Positions 1 to 8,332 of a stretch of DNA of 64,000 bases are shown piece by piece. The notes beneath the pieces were generated by a model that did no database searches, was not told the DNA's origin, and saw nothing but the letters and a program-made list of their open reading frames with translations. The stretch's first letter is position 1; each line of letters opens with the position of its first letter. Source of the DNA: Burkholderiales bacterium PBB3 (GTDB lineage Bacteria > Pseudomonadota > Gammaproteobacteria > Burkholderiales > Burkholderiaceae_C); NCBI GenBank assembly GCA_002256115.1, contig NKIK01000003.1:194280-258279 (forward strand). The letters are read 5' to 3'. The translations under genes and the position numbers were made by a program.

Positions 1-29
1 TCCAACTTGCAAAAAGTGCTCTTTGTTAA

Positions 30-485
30 TTGATCAAGGAGAAAATTGAAATGGCAACTGCAAAAAAACCGGTCGCAAAAAAGGCCGCTCCCGTGAAAGC
101 TGCACCCGCTAAAAAAGCGGCACCAGCTAAAAAAGTAGCTGCTAAGAAAGCTGCACCCGCTAAAAAAGCGGCACCAGCCAAAAAAGTAGCTGCTAAGAAA
201 GCTGCACCCGCTAAAAAAGCGGCACCAGCCAAAAAGGTAGCTGCAAAGAAAGCTGCACCTGCTAAAAAAGCGGCACCCGCTGCCAAGAAAGCAACCGCTA
301 AAAAGGCCGCAGTAGCGAAAAAAGCCGCTCCCGCAGCCAAGAAGCCAGCAGCCAAAAAGGCAGCCAAAAAGCCGGCTGCGAAGAAAGCCGCGAAAGCACC
401 CGCTGCAGCGCCTGCAGCACCCGCGGCCCAGACCACGTTAAACCCTCAGGCTGCGTGGCCTTTTCCAACCGCAAGCAAGCCTTAA
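30..485 (+). CDS. Histone H1-like / AKKA-repeat basic nucleoid-associated protein (low-complexity Ala/Lys/Pro repeats; alternative start at 54 MATAKK)
   Basis: Translation is almost entirely AAPAKK/VAAKK repeats with pI far basic. This resembles BpH1/AlgP-type H1-like proteins of beta/gamma-proteobacteria. A terminator follows. Confidence 0.6.
   Translation: MIKEKIEMATAKKPVAKKAAPVKAAPAKKAAPAKKVAAKKAAPAKKAAPAKKVAAKKAAPAKKAAPAKKVAAKKAAPAKKAAPAAKKATAKKAAVAKKAAPAAKKPAAKKAAKKPAAKKAAKAPAAAPAAPAAQTTLNPQAAWPFPTASKP
99..290 (+). repeat. Tandem 51-bp repeat (about 3.7 copies) encoding the 17-aa unit AAPAKKAAPAKKVAAKK inside the histone-like gene
   Basis: Direct reading: gctgcacccgctaaaaaagcggcaccagcYaaaaaagtagctgcWaagaaa recurs at 99, 150, 201 and partially at 252. 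Confidence 0.8.
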
Positions 486-505
486 ACCTTCGGGTGTAAA
501 GCTAC

Positions 506-539
506 AAAGCCCGGTGCTGCAAAGCCCGGGCTTTTTTTT
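506..539. terminator. Rho-independent terminator, probably bidirectional between convergent genes
   Basis: aaagcccgg-tgctgcaaag-cccgggcttt hairpin (9-bp stem) followed by an 8-T run. It lies between the stop at 485 (+) and the stop at 564 (-). Confidence 0.6.
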
Positions 540-563
540 ATGCGCGCTAGCCAAAGAAATGCG

Positions 564-1697
564 TCAGGGGTAAAACGCCAGCAAGCGGTATCCACTGATC
601 CGATCTGCAGGGGTGGCGACTTTGACGTGCACGGGAATAGTCACCGTGAGATCGCCGCCTGCGACCAAGCTGCCACTGGAAGCCCCCAGATCTGCCGCCG
701 ACAGCACGTGCCGGATCATCGGCTGCTCCTGCAGGTCCGTCAGTGTCAGCTCCACTGCAGGCGCGGCAATGTCTATGGGGGCTGTGTTCTTCAGTGTGAT
801 GTTCAGGCGGTAGACATCGCCCCGCACTTTGACGAAAGCCGAATTTTCGATAACGACAGAATCGATCTGCCGGTAGGGTGAAATTTTGCAATCCAAAGCA
901 TCACACATCGCCAGCAATGCAGGACGCAAGTCTGCAATGCTGGCGGCCAAGCGCTCACGCTCATGAAAAATAACCTGGAACGCCAGCCCCAACACCAACC
1001 CGAGGGACACGGCGGCCAAACTTCGTCGCACCCAGGGTCGACTCCAGGCACTGGGGAGTTTTGCATTGCGTAAGAAACTGGGTCGCACCGTATCCAGGGG
1101 CGGCACAGGAAGTTCAGGCTCCTGCTCGTCTGCCACCGACGCTATCTCCGCAGCCGATTTTGCCGCGTTGGGAGGCTCACGCACTGCCGATGCGCCGTGA
1201 GCACCGGGCAGACTCCATTCCACTCCTGCATCCGTGGCTACCAAGGGGTAAGCATCCGCTTCGGGCGCGACACCGTCACCGGGTAGCTCAAGGTGCAAAG
1301 CGGGTTCTGCCGCCAAGGACTCGCCCGGCCGAACATCCAACAATGGATCACGGTCAAAGGCCGATGCTTCGGGCCAATCCAATTGGGCGGCCAGCTCTTG
1401 CTCTGGTGTCGACCCCAAGGCCGGTGCTGGCTCCGGGTGTTCAAAGAATTCTGGTGATGTCGGTGTCCCGGCATCGGGCTCCGCCACCGGTTCATCGTTA
1501 GGCACAGGTGCCGTTGGGACAACCAGTGCCTCGGTGGGACGCGGCGCTAAGGCCTGCGGTTCCCCCTGCAGATGCACATTGGCATCAAACACTTCATCGC
1601 ACTTGCCGCAACGCACCCAGCCCTCGGAAACGCGAAGTTGGTCAGGTACGACCTTAAATAGTGTGGTGCAGGCAGGGCAACGGGTGATCAGGCTCAT
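564..1697 (-). CDS. DUF3426-type zinc-ribbon protein (MJ0042-like CPxC...CxxC N-terminal finger, Pro/Glu-rich linker, C-terminal DUF3426)
   Basis: N-terminus MSLITRCPACTTLFKVVPDQLRVSEGWVRCGKCDEVF is the classic zinc-ribbon start of the protein conserved downstream of prmA in betaproteobacteria. Confidence 0.6.
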   Translation of the reverse strand: MSLITRCPACTTLFKVVPDQLRVSEGWVRCGKCDEVFDANVHLQGEPQALAPRPTEALVVPTAPVPNDEPVAEPDAGTPTSPEFFEHPEPAPALGSTPEQELAAQLDWPEASAFDRDPLLDVRPGESLAAEPALHLELPGDGVAPEADAYPLVATDAGVEWSLPGAHGASAVREPPNAAKSAAEIASVADEQEPELPVPPLDTVRPSFLRNAKLPSAWSRPWVRRSLAAVSLGLVLGLAFQVIFHERERLAASIADLRPALLAMCDALDCKISPYRQIDSVVIENSAFVKVRGDVYRLNITLKNTAPIDIAAPAVELTLTDLQEQPMIRHVLSAADLGASSGSLVAGGDLTVTIPVHVKVATPADRISGYRLLAFYP

Positions 1698-1731
1698 CGT
1701 GACGCCATTGTAGAGTCGACCTCAGCCTGGC

Positions 1732-2610
1732 TCAGGGGGTGGCAGTCATCAAAATCCAGCCGTCTTCACTGTCGGTGACTTGCAATTGGCAGTAAGGTGC
1801 ATAAGCCTCTTTTAGCTCATCCGCCTGACGCGCCAAAATGCCTGCCAGTACTAGATGCCCGTGCTCAGCTACATAGGCGCGCAGCAGCGGTGCCAACACC
1901 TTCAGCGGCGTGGCGAGGATATTGGCCAGCACCAAGTTGTACGTGCCACTGGCAAGCTCGGGCAGGCCGGCTCGCAATTGCACGCCATTCGCGCTGGCGT
2001 TCAGCTCTGTCGACTCCACGGCCGCCGTGTCAATGTCCACCGCATCGACCATGGTAGCGCCAAACTTGGCGGCACCGATAGCCAGAATGCCGGAGCCACA
2101 GCCGTAATCCAGCACCCGTGCAAAACCGGGGTGCGCCGCAATCCAGCGCAAACACATGCGTGTGGTGGGGTGCGTGCCGGTGCCAAAGGCCAAGCCTGGA
2201 TCCAGACGAATGATCTGTCGGGCCTGGGCTGGCGGCTCATGCCAGGTCGGCACGATCCAAAACTCGGGCGTGATCTCGACCGGCGCAAACTGCGACTGGG
2301 TCAAGCGCACCCAATCCTGGTCTTGCAATTCCGACAAGCCCAAGACTTCGCAACCTTCAAAGAAATCTTGCGCCAGCAGCAAGACCGAGGCTTCTTCGGC
2401 CATGGCCTTGTCTGCAAACAGCGCGGTGATGCGTGAACGCTGCCAACCATCTTTGGGAGCCGGCATGCCCGGCTCGCCAAACAAGGCCACTTCGGCGTCG
2501 GTCTGAGCGTCCGCGTCTTCCACGCTGACGCTCAAAGCCTCCAACGCATCCAGCGCGTCGCTCAGCGACTCGACCCGGTCTTGCGGGCACATCAGCATCA
2601 GTTCAAACAT
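1732..2610 (-). CDS. prmA: Ribosomal protein L11 methyltransferase
   Basis: 292 aa; GCGSGILAI SAM motif with PrmA-like N-terminal domain. Conserved accBC-prmA synteny. Confidence 0.85.
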   Translation of the reverse strand: MFELMLMCPQDRVESLSDALDALEALSVSVEDADAQTDAEVALFGEPGMPAPKDGWQRSRITALFADKAMAEEASVLLLAQDFFEGCEVLGLSELQDQDWVRLTQSQFAPVEITPEFWIVPTWHEPPAQARQIIRLDPGLAFGTGTHPTTRMCLRWIAAHPGFARVLDYGCGSGILAIGAAKFGATMVDAVDIDTAAVESTELNASANGVQLRAGLPELASGTYNLVLANILATPLKVLAPLLRAYVAEHGHLVLAGILARQADELKEAYAPYCQLQVTDSEDGWILMTATP

Positions 2611-2618
2611 CGCGTTGC

Positions 2619-3968
2619 CTAGCGCTTGTGCTGTTCCAGCCAGTGTTCCAGGTAGTGGATATTGGTTCCACCATCCATGAACTTGGCGTCCACCAGCAGC
2701 TCACGGTGCAACGGAATATTGGTGTTGATGCCTTCGATCACGGTCTCGGCCAACGCCGTGCGCATGCGGGCCATGGCTTGCTCGCGGGTATCGCCATGCA
2801 CAATGATTTTTCCAACCATCGAATCGTAGTTGGGTGGCACAAAGTAGTTGGTGTAGATGTGGGAGTCGACACGCACACCGGGGCCGCCTGGCGCATGCCA
2901 CACGGTCACACGACCCGGCGATGGCACAAACTTGTACGGATCTTCCGCATTCACCCGGCACTCAATGGCATGGCCACGCATCACGATGTCGCGCTGGGCA
3001 AAGGGCAATTTCTCGCCCGCCGCCACCATGATCTGGGTCTTGACGATGTCCACGCCAGTCACCATTTCGGTCACGGGGTGCTCCACCTGCACGCGGGTGT
3101 TCATTTCAATGAAGTAGAACTCGCCGTCTTCGTACAGAAACTCGAAGGTGCCCGCACCGCGGTAACCAATCTTCTTGCAGGCAGCTACACAGCGCTCGCC
3201 AATGCGTTCGATCAATTTGCGATTGATGCCCGGCGCGGGAGCCTCTTCAAGAATCTTCTGGTGGCGGCGCTGCATGGAGCAATCGCGCTCGCCCAGGTAG
3301 ACCGCGTTCTTGTGCTTGTCGGCCAGAATCTGGATTTCAATATGGCGCGGATTCTGGAGAAACTTCTCCATATACACCGCCGGATTGCCAAAGGCAGCAC
3401 CGGCTTCCGCCTTGGTCATGGCCACCGCATTGATCAGCGCAGCCTCGGTATGCACCACGCGCATGCCGCGTCCACCGCCGCCACCCGCCGCCTTGATGAT
3501 GACGGGATAGCCCACGGCCTTGGCAATGCGACGAATCTGCACCGGGTCATCGGGCAACTCGCCCTCAGAACCGGGTACGCAGGGTACGCCCGCCTTGATC
3601 ATGGCTTGCTTGGCCGACACCTTGTCGCCCATGATGCGAATGGACTCGGGTGTGGGGCCAATGAACTGGAAACCGCTTTTCTCCACACGCTCGGCAAAAT
3701 CGGCGTTTTCGCTCAAAAAGCCGTAGCCAGGGTGAATCGCCTCGGCATCGGTCACTTCGGCGGCCGAGATGATGGCCGGCATATTGAGATAGCTCAAATT
3801 GGACGGTGCAGGCCCGATACAGACGGCTTCTTCGGCCAAACGCACGTATTTAGCGTCACGGTCTGCCTCGGAATACACCATGACGGCTTTAACGCCGAGC
3901 TCGCGGCAGGCGCGTTGAATCCGCAGCGCAATTTCACCGCGATTGGCAACAAGGATCTTTTTAAACAT
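2619..3968 (-). CDS. accC: Acetyl-CoA carboxylase biotin carboxylase subunit
   Basis: 449 aa; [17 protein letters not shown] start and ATP-grasp motifs ([24 protein letters not shown]). Confidence 0.95.
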   Translation of the reverse strand: MFKKILVANRGEIALRIQRACRELGVKAVMVYSEADRDAKYVRLAEEAVCIGPAPSNLSYLNMPAIISAAEVTDAEAIHPGYGFLSENADFAERVEKSGFQFIGPTPESIRIMGDKVSAKQAMIKAGVPCVPGSEGELPDDPVQIRRIAKAVGYPVIIKAAGGGGGRGMRVVHTEAALINAVAMTKAEAGAAFGNPAVYMEKFLQNPRHIEIQILADKHKNAVYLGERDCSMQRRHQKILEEAPAPGINRKLIERIGERCVAACKKIGYRGAGTFEFLYEDGEFYFIEMNTRVQVEHPVTEMVTGVDIVKTQIMVAAGEKLPFAQRDIVMRGHAIECRVNAEDPYKFVPSPGRVTVWHAPGGPGVRVDSHIYTNYFVPPNYDSMVGKIIVHGDTREQAMARMRTALAETVIEGINTNIPLHRELLVDAKFMDGGTNIHYLEHWLEQHKR

Positions 3969-3985
3969 GGGGTTCGGGCGATGCC

Positions 3986-4456
3986 TTATTCGATGATGAA
4001 CAGGGGTTGCCCGTATTCGACGGCCTGGCCGTTTTCGCTCAAGATTTTGGACACCGTGCCGGATTTGTCGGCCTCAATCTCATTGAGGATCTTCATGGCC
4101 TCAATGATGCAGATCGTGTCGCCTTCTTTGACGACATCACCGATTTCCACAAACGCTTTTGCCCCCGGCGACGACGACCGGTAAAAGGTGCCCACCATGG
4201 GTGACTTGACGGTATGGCCGGTTGGCACTTCTGCGACCGGCGCGCTGACAGGGGCATCGGGCGCGGCTGGAGCCATGGGCATGGCGGCATACATGGGTTG
4301 GGGTGCGTAGGCTTGCACCATGGCACCACCGCCTTTGACGATGCGCACTTTGCCTTCGGCCTCGGTAATTTCGAGCTCCGAGACATTGGACTCGGACACC
4401 AAATCGATCAGGGTTTTAAGTTTGCGTAAATCCATGGAATCTCCAACAACGGCCAT
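3986..4456 (-). CDS. accB: Biotin carboxyl carrier protein of acetyl-CoA carboxylase
   Basis: 156 aa; C-terminal biotinyl domain [17 protein letters not shown] (AMKM-like biotinylation motif with Ile). Immediately upstream of accC. Confidence 0.9.
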   Translation of the reverse strand: MAVVGDSMDLRKLKTLIDLVSESNVSELEITEAEGKVRIVKGGGAMVQAYAPQPMYAAMPMAPAAPDAPVSAPVAEVPTGHTVKSPMVGTFYRSSSPGAKAFVEIGDVVKEGDTICIIEAMKILNEIEADKSGTVSKILSENGQAVEYGQPLFIIE

Positions 4457-4604
4457 TTGGGCAAGCGGCGAATTTACAGCAAAACCACCGAAATGACGAT
4501 AAATTTATTTATTTTTAGCCAATTGGGCTTAAAAATTATGCAGCCCGGTAAAGACTGAGGATGAATTGCTAGCGCGTTCCGTGCCAAAATTTAGGGCGAA
4601 CACC

Positions 4605-5198
4605 CTATTTTAAACCAGCCCAGAGCGCCAACTCTTCAGGAGTTACCCGACCCATCTTGCGGTGCAAGATGGAGCCATCGGCGCTCAACACCACGCTAAA
4701 AGGCAAGCCACCGGTCAGGTTGCCCATGGCGCGTGTCAGCTCGGTGCCCGCCAAACCGGCCATACCCACCGAAAAATCCAGCGGCGACTTCTGCAAAAAG
4801 GCCTGCACCGGTTGCAGCTTGTCCACGGCCAGGCCCAGCACCTGCCAGCCATTGGCTTTATTTTTCAAATAAAAGTCATTGATCAAAGGCAGCTCTTCCA
4901 CGCACGGCGGGCACCAGGTTGCCCAAAAATTGAGCAGCAGAGGTTTACCGGCCAGGCTTTTCATGGGAAGCGTTGTGCCCTGGGGGGTGGGCCATTCGGT
5001 TTGCCAAAAACCTTCTGGCGGCGGCGTACCGGCTGGCGCAGCCACGACCGGCGGGGCGGCTTGGCGCCACCAAGCCAAACCTAGCCCAGCAACCGCAGCT
5101 GCACCCCCCACCGCAACCATGAGTGCGCGCCGCCCCGGCGCGAGCAAGGTGGACGATGCGCCGGGCGTGGCGACGGGTGGTACTGCAGGCTTCTTCAT
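4605..5198 (-). CDS. TlpA/ResA-family periplasmic thiol:disulfide oxidoreductase (thioredoxin fold, Tat-like signal)
   Basis: WATWCPPCVEE active site. N-terminal RRALMVAVGG signal-like segment. Confidence 0.75.
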   Translation of the reverse strand: MKKPAVPPVATPGASSTLLAPGRRALMVAVGGAAAVAGLGLAWWRQAAPPVVAAPAGTPPPEGFWQTEWPTPQGTTLPMKSLAGKPLLLNFWATWCPPCVEELPLINDFYLKNKANGWQVLGLAVDKLQPVQAFLQKSPLDFSVGMAGLAGTELTRAMGNLTGGLPFSVVLSADGSILHRKMGRVTPEELALWAGLK

Positions 5199-5803
5199 AG
5201 GGCCTGATCATGCAGCAAACTGCGCAGGGCCGCCGCATCGCCCCGGGGACTGCGACCGCGGTGGTCGGGTTTCAGGGCGCCGCGCAGGTCGTCAAAGTCG
5301 TAAATCAGCAGGTGCACGCCCACGTGCTCCCCCAGCTCCGCGCTGCGCGCCTGGATGCTCAAGGCCTCCACCCGCTCGCCGGTAAAGCCGGTGACGGTGC
5401 TGGGGTCATAACGCACGCCCAGGTCGATCAGACCGATCTCCGCAGATTTGGGGTCATCGCAAAACAATTGCAGGTAAATATCTGAGCGGCGCGTGGCCGT
5501 GCCATGCCAGACCGCGCCGCCAATATAGGGGCGAAACCGCTGCAGCCGGTCCATCCAGCCCAATGCCAGACCGCGCAGCGCGCGCAGCTCCTGCGGCTGG
5601 GTGTCGGCACAAAACAGCGCGATGTAGTCCTCTACATGCGCTTCCAACAGCGCGTTGTCGGGCAAGGCGGTGCGCTCGGGCAGGCCGAGCTGCTTCACAG
5701 CGCGGCGTTTGGCTCCGCCATATTCCAAACCCTCTTCCACCACCAGGCGGGCGGCCACGGCGGCAATTTCTTCTTTCAAGGTATCCATAGGAACATTGTG
5801 CAT
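5195..5803 (-). CDS. Conserved hypothetical protein (202 aa), 4-nt overlap with the downstream TlpA-like gene
   Basis: Long ORF with codon usage typical of the window. No motif I can name. ATGA overlap suggests an operon. Confidence 0.4.
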   Translation of the reverse strand: MHNVPMDTLKEEIAAVAARLVVEEGLEYGGAKRRAVKQLGLPERTALPDNALLEAHVEDYIALFCADTQPQELRALRGLALGWMDRLQRFRPYIGGAVWHGTATRRSDIYLQLFCDDPKSAEIGLIDLGVRYDPSTVTGFTGERVEALSIQARSAELGEHVGVHLLIYDFDDLRGALKPDHRGRSPRGDAAALRSLLHDQAL

Positions 5804-6404
5804 GCACTGCGTTCGACCTAGTTTGCTACAGTTTTAGGTTGCGGTAGGAGCGGAGGTTACCCCCCTCGCCCCCCCGCACAGATCCGTACGTGCGGAATTA
5901 CCGCATGCGGCTCTTGCCTCAGGTAGGTGACGCATAGAAACGATCCTCCGGGTAAGGGTGCAAACTGCGTATGGGTGGTATGAACCGCTGGGCAATACGG
6001 CTGAACCTGCATCATGGCATCTTGGGCTTCTGGCTTCTATGGCTTGGGGCCTTGCCTGTTCCGCCCGTGCCGCGTGGCTCGGGCACCGATGAGATCTCCC
6101 AGCTTCCGAGTAGATCGCTTCCCGGCATGCTCAGGGTCTCAGACCGCGCGGGGTCACAGCATGTCTTGCGATTGACGTCATGCTGCGTGTTGCCTTCTGG
6201 CATAGCAACACCATGGGCACCCCGATTGAATGATTTCGCGGCTCAATGGCTGGCCTGCTGGTCTCCCCTGTCAACGCTTCGATCCACACATCGCGGTGTG
6301 CAACGCATGACTCGGGGCCAGAGTGAGTTCGCTATTTTTTCCCTGTATTGGACTTCCACCAACTACGATCCACCGCCTTTGCCGGCGCACTGCTATATAT
6401 TTAA

Positions 6405-6430
6405 TAGCTTCTCCCGCACTATCCACAGCC
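6405..6430 (+). repeat. Dispersed repeat copy G (forward orientation: tagcttctcccgcactatccacagcc)
   Basis: Matches the 38-bp family core; see the dispersed-repeat finding. Intergenic, about 150 bp upstream of the IS200 tnpA fragment. Confidence 0.8.
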
Positions 6431-6576
6431 TGAATGGCCGGTTTGGCTTAAATCCAAGGGGTAATCCCCCGGCTGTGCCGGGGTGACAGTAGAAGTTTGA
6501 CATTTGCGTTGGTATGGGTGTTCATCGCAGAAACTTCCAATCGTGAGCCGCCAAGCACACGAAAGGAAAAGAGGCG

Positions 6577-6927
6577 ATGGACAAGATAGAAAACCTAAAC
6601 CACACGAAGTGGGACTGCAAGTACCACGTAGTGTCCATACCGAAGGATCGAAGAAAAGTACTGTACGGGCAATTGAGAGTGCACCTCGGAGAGGTATTTC
6701 GGGGGCTGGCCCAACACAAGGAGAGCCAGATAGAGGAAGGGCATTTAATGGCCGACCACGTCCACATGATGATCTCGATACCGCCGAAATACACGGTGTC
6801 CAACGTGGTGGGTTACATCAAGGGGAAAAGCGCGATACACCTAGCTCGGGTGTATGGGGAGAGAAAGAGAAATTTCACGGGGCAAAGCTTCTGGGCGCGG
6901 CGTTACTTTGTCTCGACCGTGGGATGA
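6577..6927 (+). mobile_element. tnpA: IS200/IS605-family Y1 (HUH) transposase TnpA, C-terminally truncated at 116 aa versus about 150 aa (likely pseudogene or remnant)
   Basis: MDKIENLNHTKWDCKYHVV...DHVHMMISIPPKYTVSNVVGYIKGKSA...FWARRYFVSTVG carries the HuH motif and catalytic Tyr region. The ORF stops right after STVG, where intact IS200 TnpA continues about 35 aa; no continuation in other frames. Confidence 0.75.
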
Positions 6928-6996
6928 GACGAGGTATAGCCGCTTTGAGCGGCTCACAATATTGAAAACCCCCGGCTTTGCCGAGGGATGGTTATT

Positions 6997-8100
6997 TCAC
7001 ACCAAGCTAGCCAAGGCCGCCGGTGAAAAGTCAGACAGCTCGCTGGTGCGGCCATCGCGCACTTTCAGTGCCCAGTCCGGGTCACTGATGAGGGCGCGGC
7101 CCACGGCTACCAAGTCAAAGTCGCCGCGGTCAAAGCGGCGCATCAACTCGTCCAGCGACGCGGGCTTGGAGCTTTCGCCACCAAAGGCGGCGATGAATTC
7201 ACCGCTCAGGCCCACCGAGCCGACGGTGATGGTCGGGCGGCCAGTGAGCTTTTTGGCCCAACCGGCAAAGTTGAGGTCAGAGCCTTCAAACTCGGGCTCC
7301 CAGAAACGGCGTTGCGAGCAATGGAAGATATCCGCACCTGCGTCGGCCAGGGGCTGCAGCCAGGCGGCCATTTCATCGGGCGTTTGCGCCATGCGCGCGG
7401 TGTAGTCTTGCTGCTTCCATTGCGACAGGCGAATGATGACCGGATAGTCGGGCCCCACTTCAGCACGCACCGCTTTCAAAATATCGGCCGCAAAGCGCCC
7501 GCGTGCCACCAAGTCGCTGCCGCCGTAGCGGTCGGTGCGCGTGTTCATGCCGTCCCAGAAGAACTGGTCGATCAAGTAACCATGCGCACCGTGCAGCTCG
7601 ATGCAATCAAAACCCAGGCGCTTGGCGGCACCGGCGGCCTTGGCAAAGGCGGCAATGGTGTCGGCGATGGCCGAGTCTGTCATGGGTTCACAAAACGCCT
7701 TGCCCGGCTTGGACAGGCCAGATGGGCCGTCCCACGGCATAGGTGGCAGCCAGTCGATGCGGCGGTTAGGCACAGCGCCCACATGCCAGAGCTGCGGTGC
7801 CATCACGCCACCGGCGGCATGCACGGTGTTGATGACGTCTTGCCAACCGGCCAGCGCGTCGTCGCCCCAAAAGCGGGGCACATTGGGGTCGTTGCTAGAG
7901 GCGGGGCGCTCAATCACCGTGCCCTCGGACACGATCAAACCAACTGCCGATGCAGCGCGCTTGCGGTAATACTCGCTCACGTCCTTGGTGGGCACGCCGC
8001 CGGGTGAAAAAGAGCGTGTCATGGGGGCCATGACAATGCGGTTGGCGAGCTTGAGGCTCTTCAGGGCGAAGGGTTGGAACAGCGGTGCAGCGTTAGACAT
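6997..8100 (-). CDS. NADH:flavin oxidoreductase, Old Yellow Enzyme family (NemA-like)
   Basis: 367 aa; TIM-barrel OYE pattern (LANRIVMAPMTR..., HGAHGYLIDQF). Confidence 0.85.
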   Translation of the reverse strand: MSNAAPLFQPFALKSLKLANRIVMAPMTRSFSPGGVPTKDVSEYYRKRAASAVGLIVSEGTVIERPASSNDPNVPRFWGDDALAGWQDVINTVHAAGGVMAPQLWHVGAVPNRRIDWLPPMPWDGPSGLSKPGKAFCEPMTDSAIADTIAAFAKAAGAAKRLGFDCIELHGAHGYLIDQFFWDGMNTRTDRYGGSDLVARGRFAADILKAVRAEVGPDYPVIIRLSQWKQQDYTARMAQTPDEMAAWLQPLADAGADIFHCSQRRFWEPEFEGSDLNFAGWAKKLTGRPTITVGSVGLSGEFIAAFGGESSKPASLDELMRRFDRGDFDLVAVGRALISDPDWALKVRDGRTSELSDFSPAALASLV

Positions 8101-8257
8101 ACAGGCAAAAGGTGAAAGAGTTGCAGATCAAACCAGTTTACGTGGGCTGGCGGGGGCGCGTGGCGCGCAGGGTCTCCCAGGCTACAGCGGCAAACTCTCT
8201 GGTTAGACTGGCCATTACGCAGGTCATTTGAATGTCTAAGCACGCTACTCATTTGAT

Positions 8258-8282
8258 AGCTGCTCCCGCACTATCCACGGGC
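8258..8282 (+). repeat. Dispersed repeat copy H (forward), 50 bp upstream of hsdM
   Basis: tagctgctcccgcactatccacgggc. Confidence 0.8.
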
Positions 8283-8332
8283 TGGAAGGCGTATTTCTAT
8301 ATGAAAACTTTAGAATTAAAACTGTCACATTC

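Noticed and set aside
2628-4184. 518-aa plus-strand ORF overlapping accC/accB
   Set aside because: Antisense to the unmistakable accC and accB genes. Long antisense ORFs are expected at this GC content. No recognisable motifs.
5830-6400. RNase P RNA, tmRNA, SRP RNA or group II intron domain V in the non-coding stretch
   Set aside because: Short matches such as gggtaagggtg fall short of the universally conserved motifs (e.g. RNase P GGAAAGUCCGG, tmRNA tag reading frame, domain V AGC triad with GAAA loop). Cannot be confirmed without covariance-model scanning.
5971-6486. 171-aa ORF in the long non-coding stretch upstream of tnpA
   Set aside because: No start context, no domain resemblance. 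Composition is Trp/Cys/Pro-rich junk. Kept only as part of the unexplained gap in findings.
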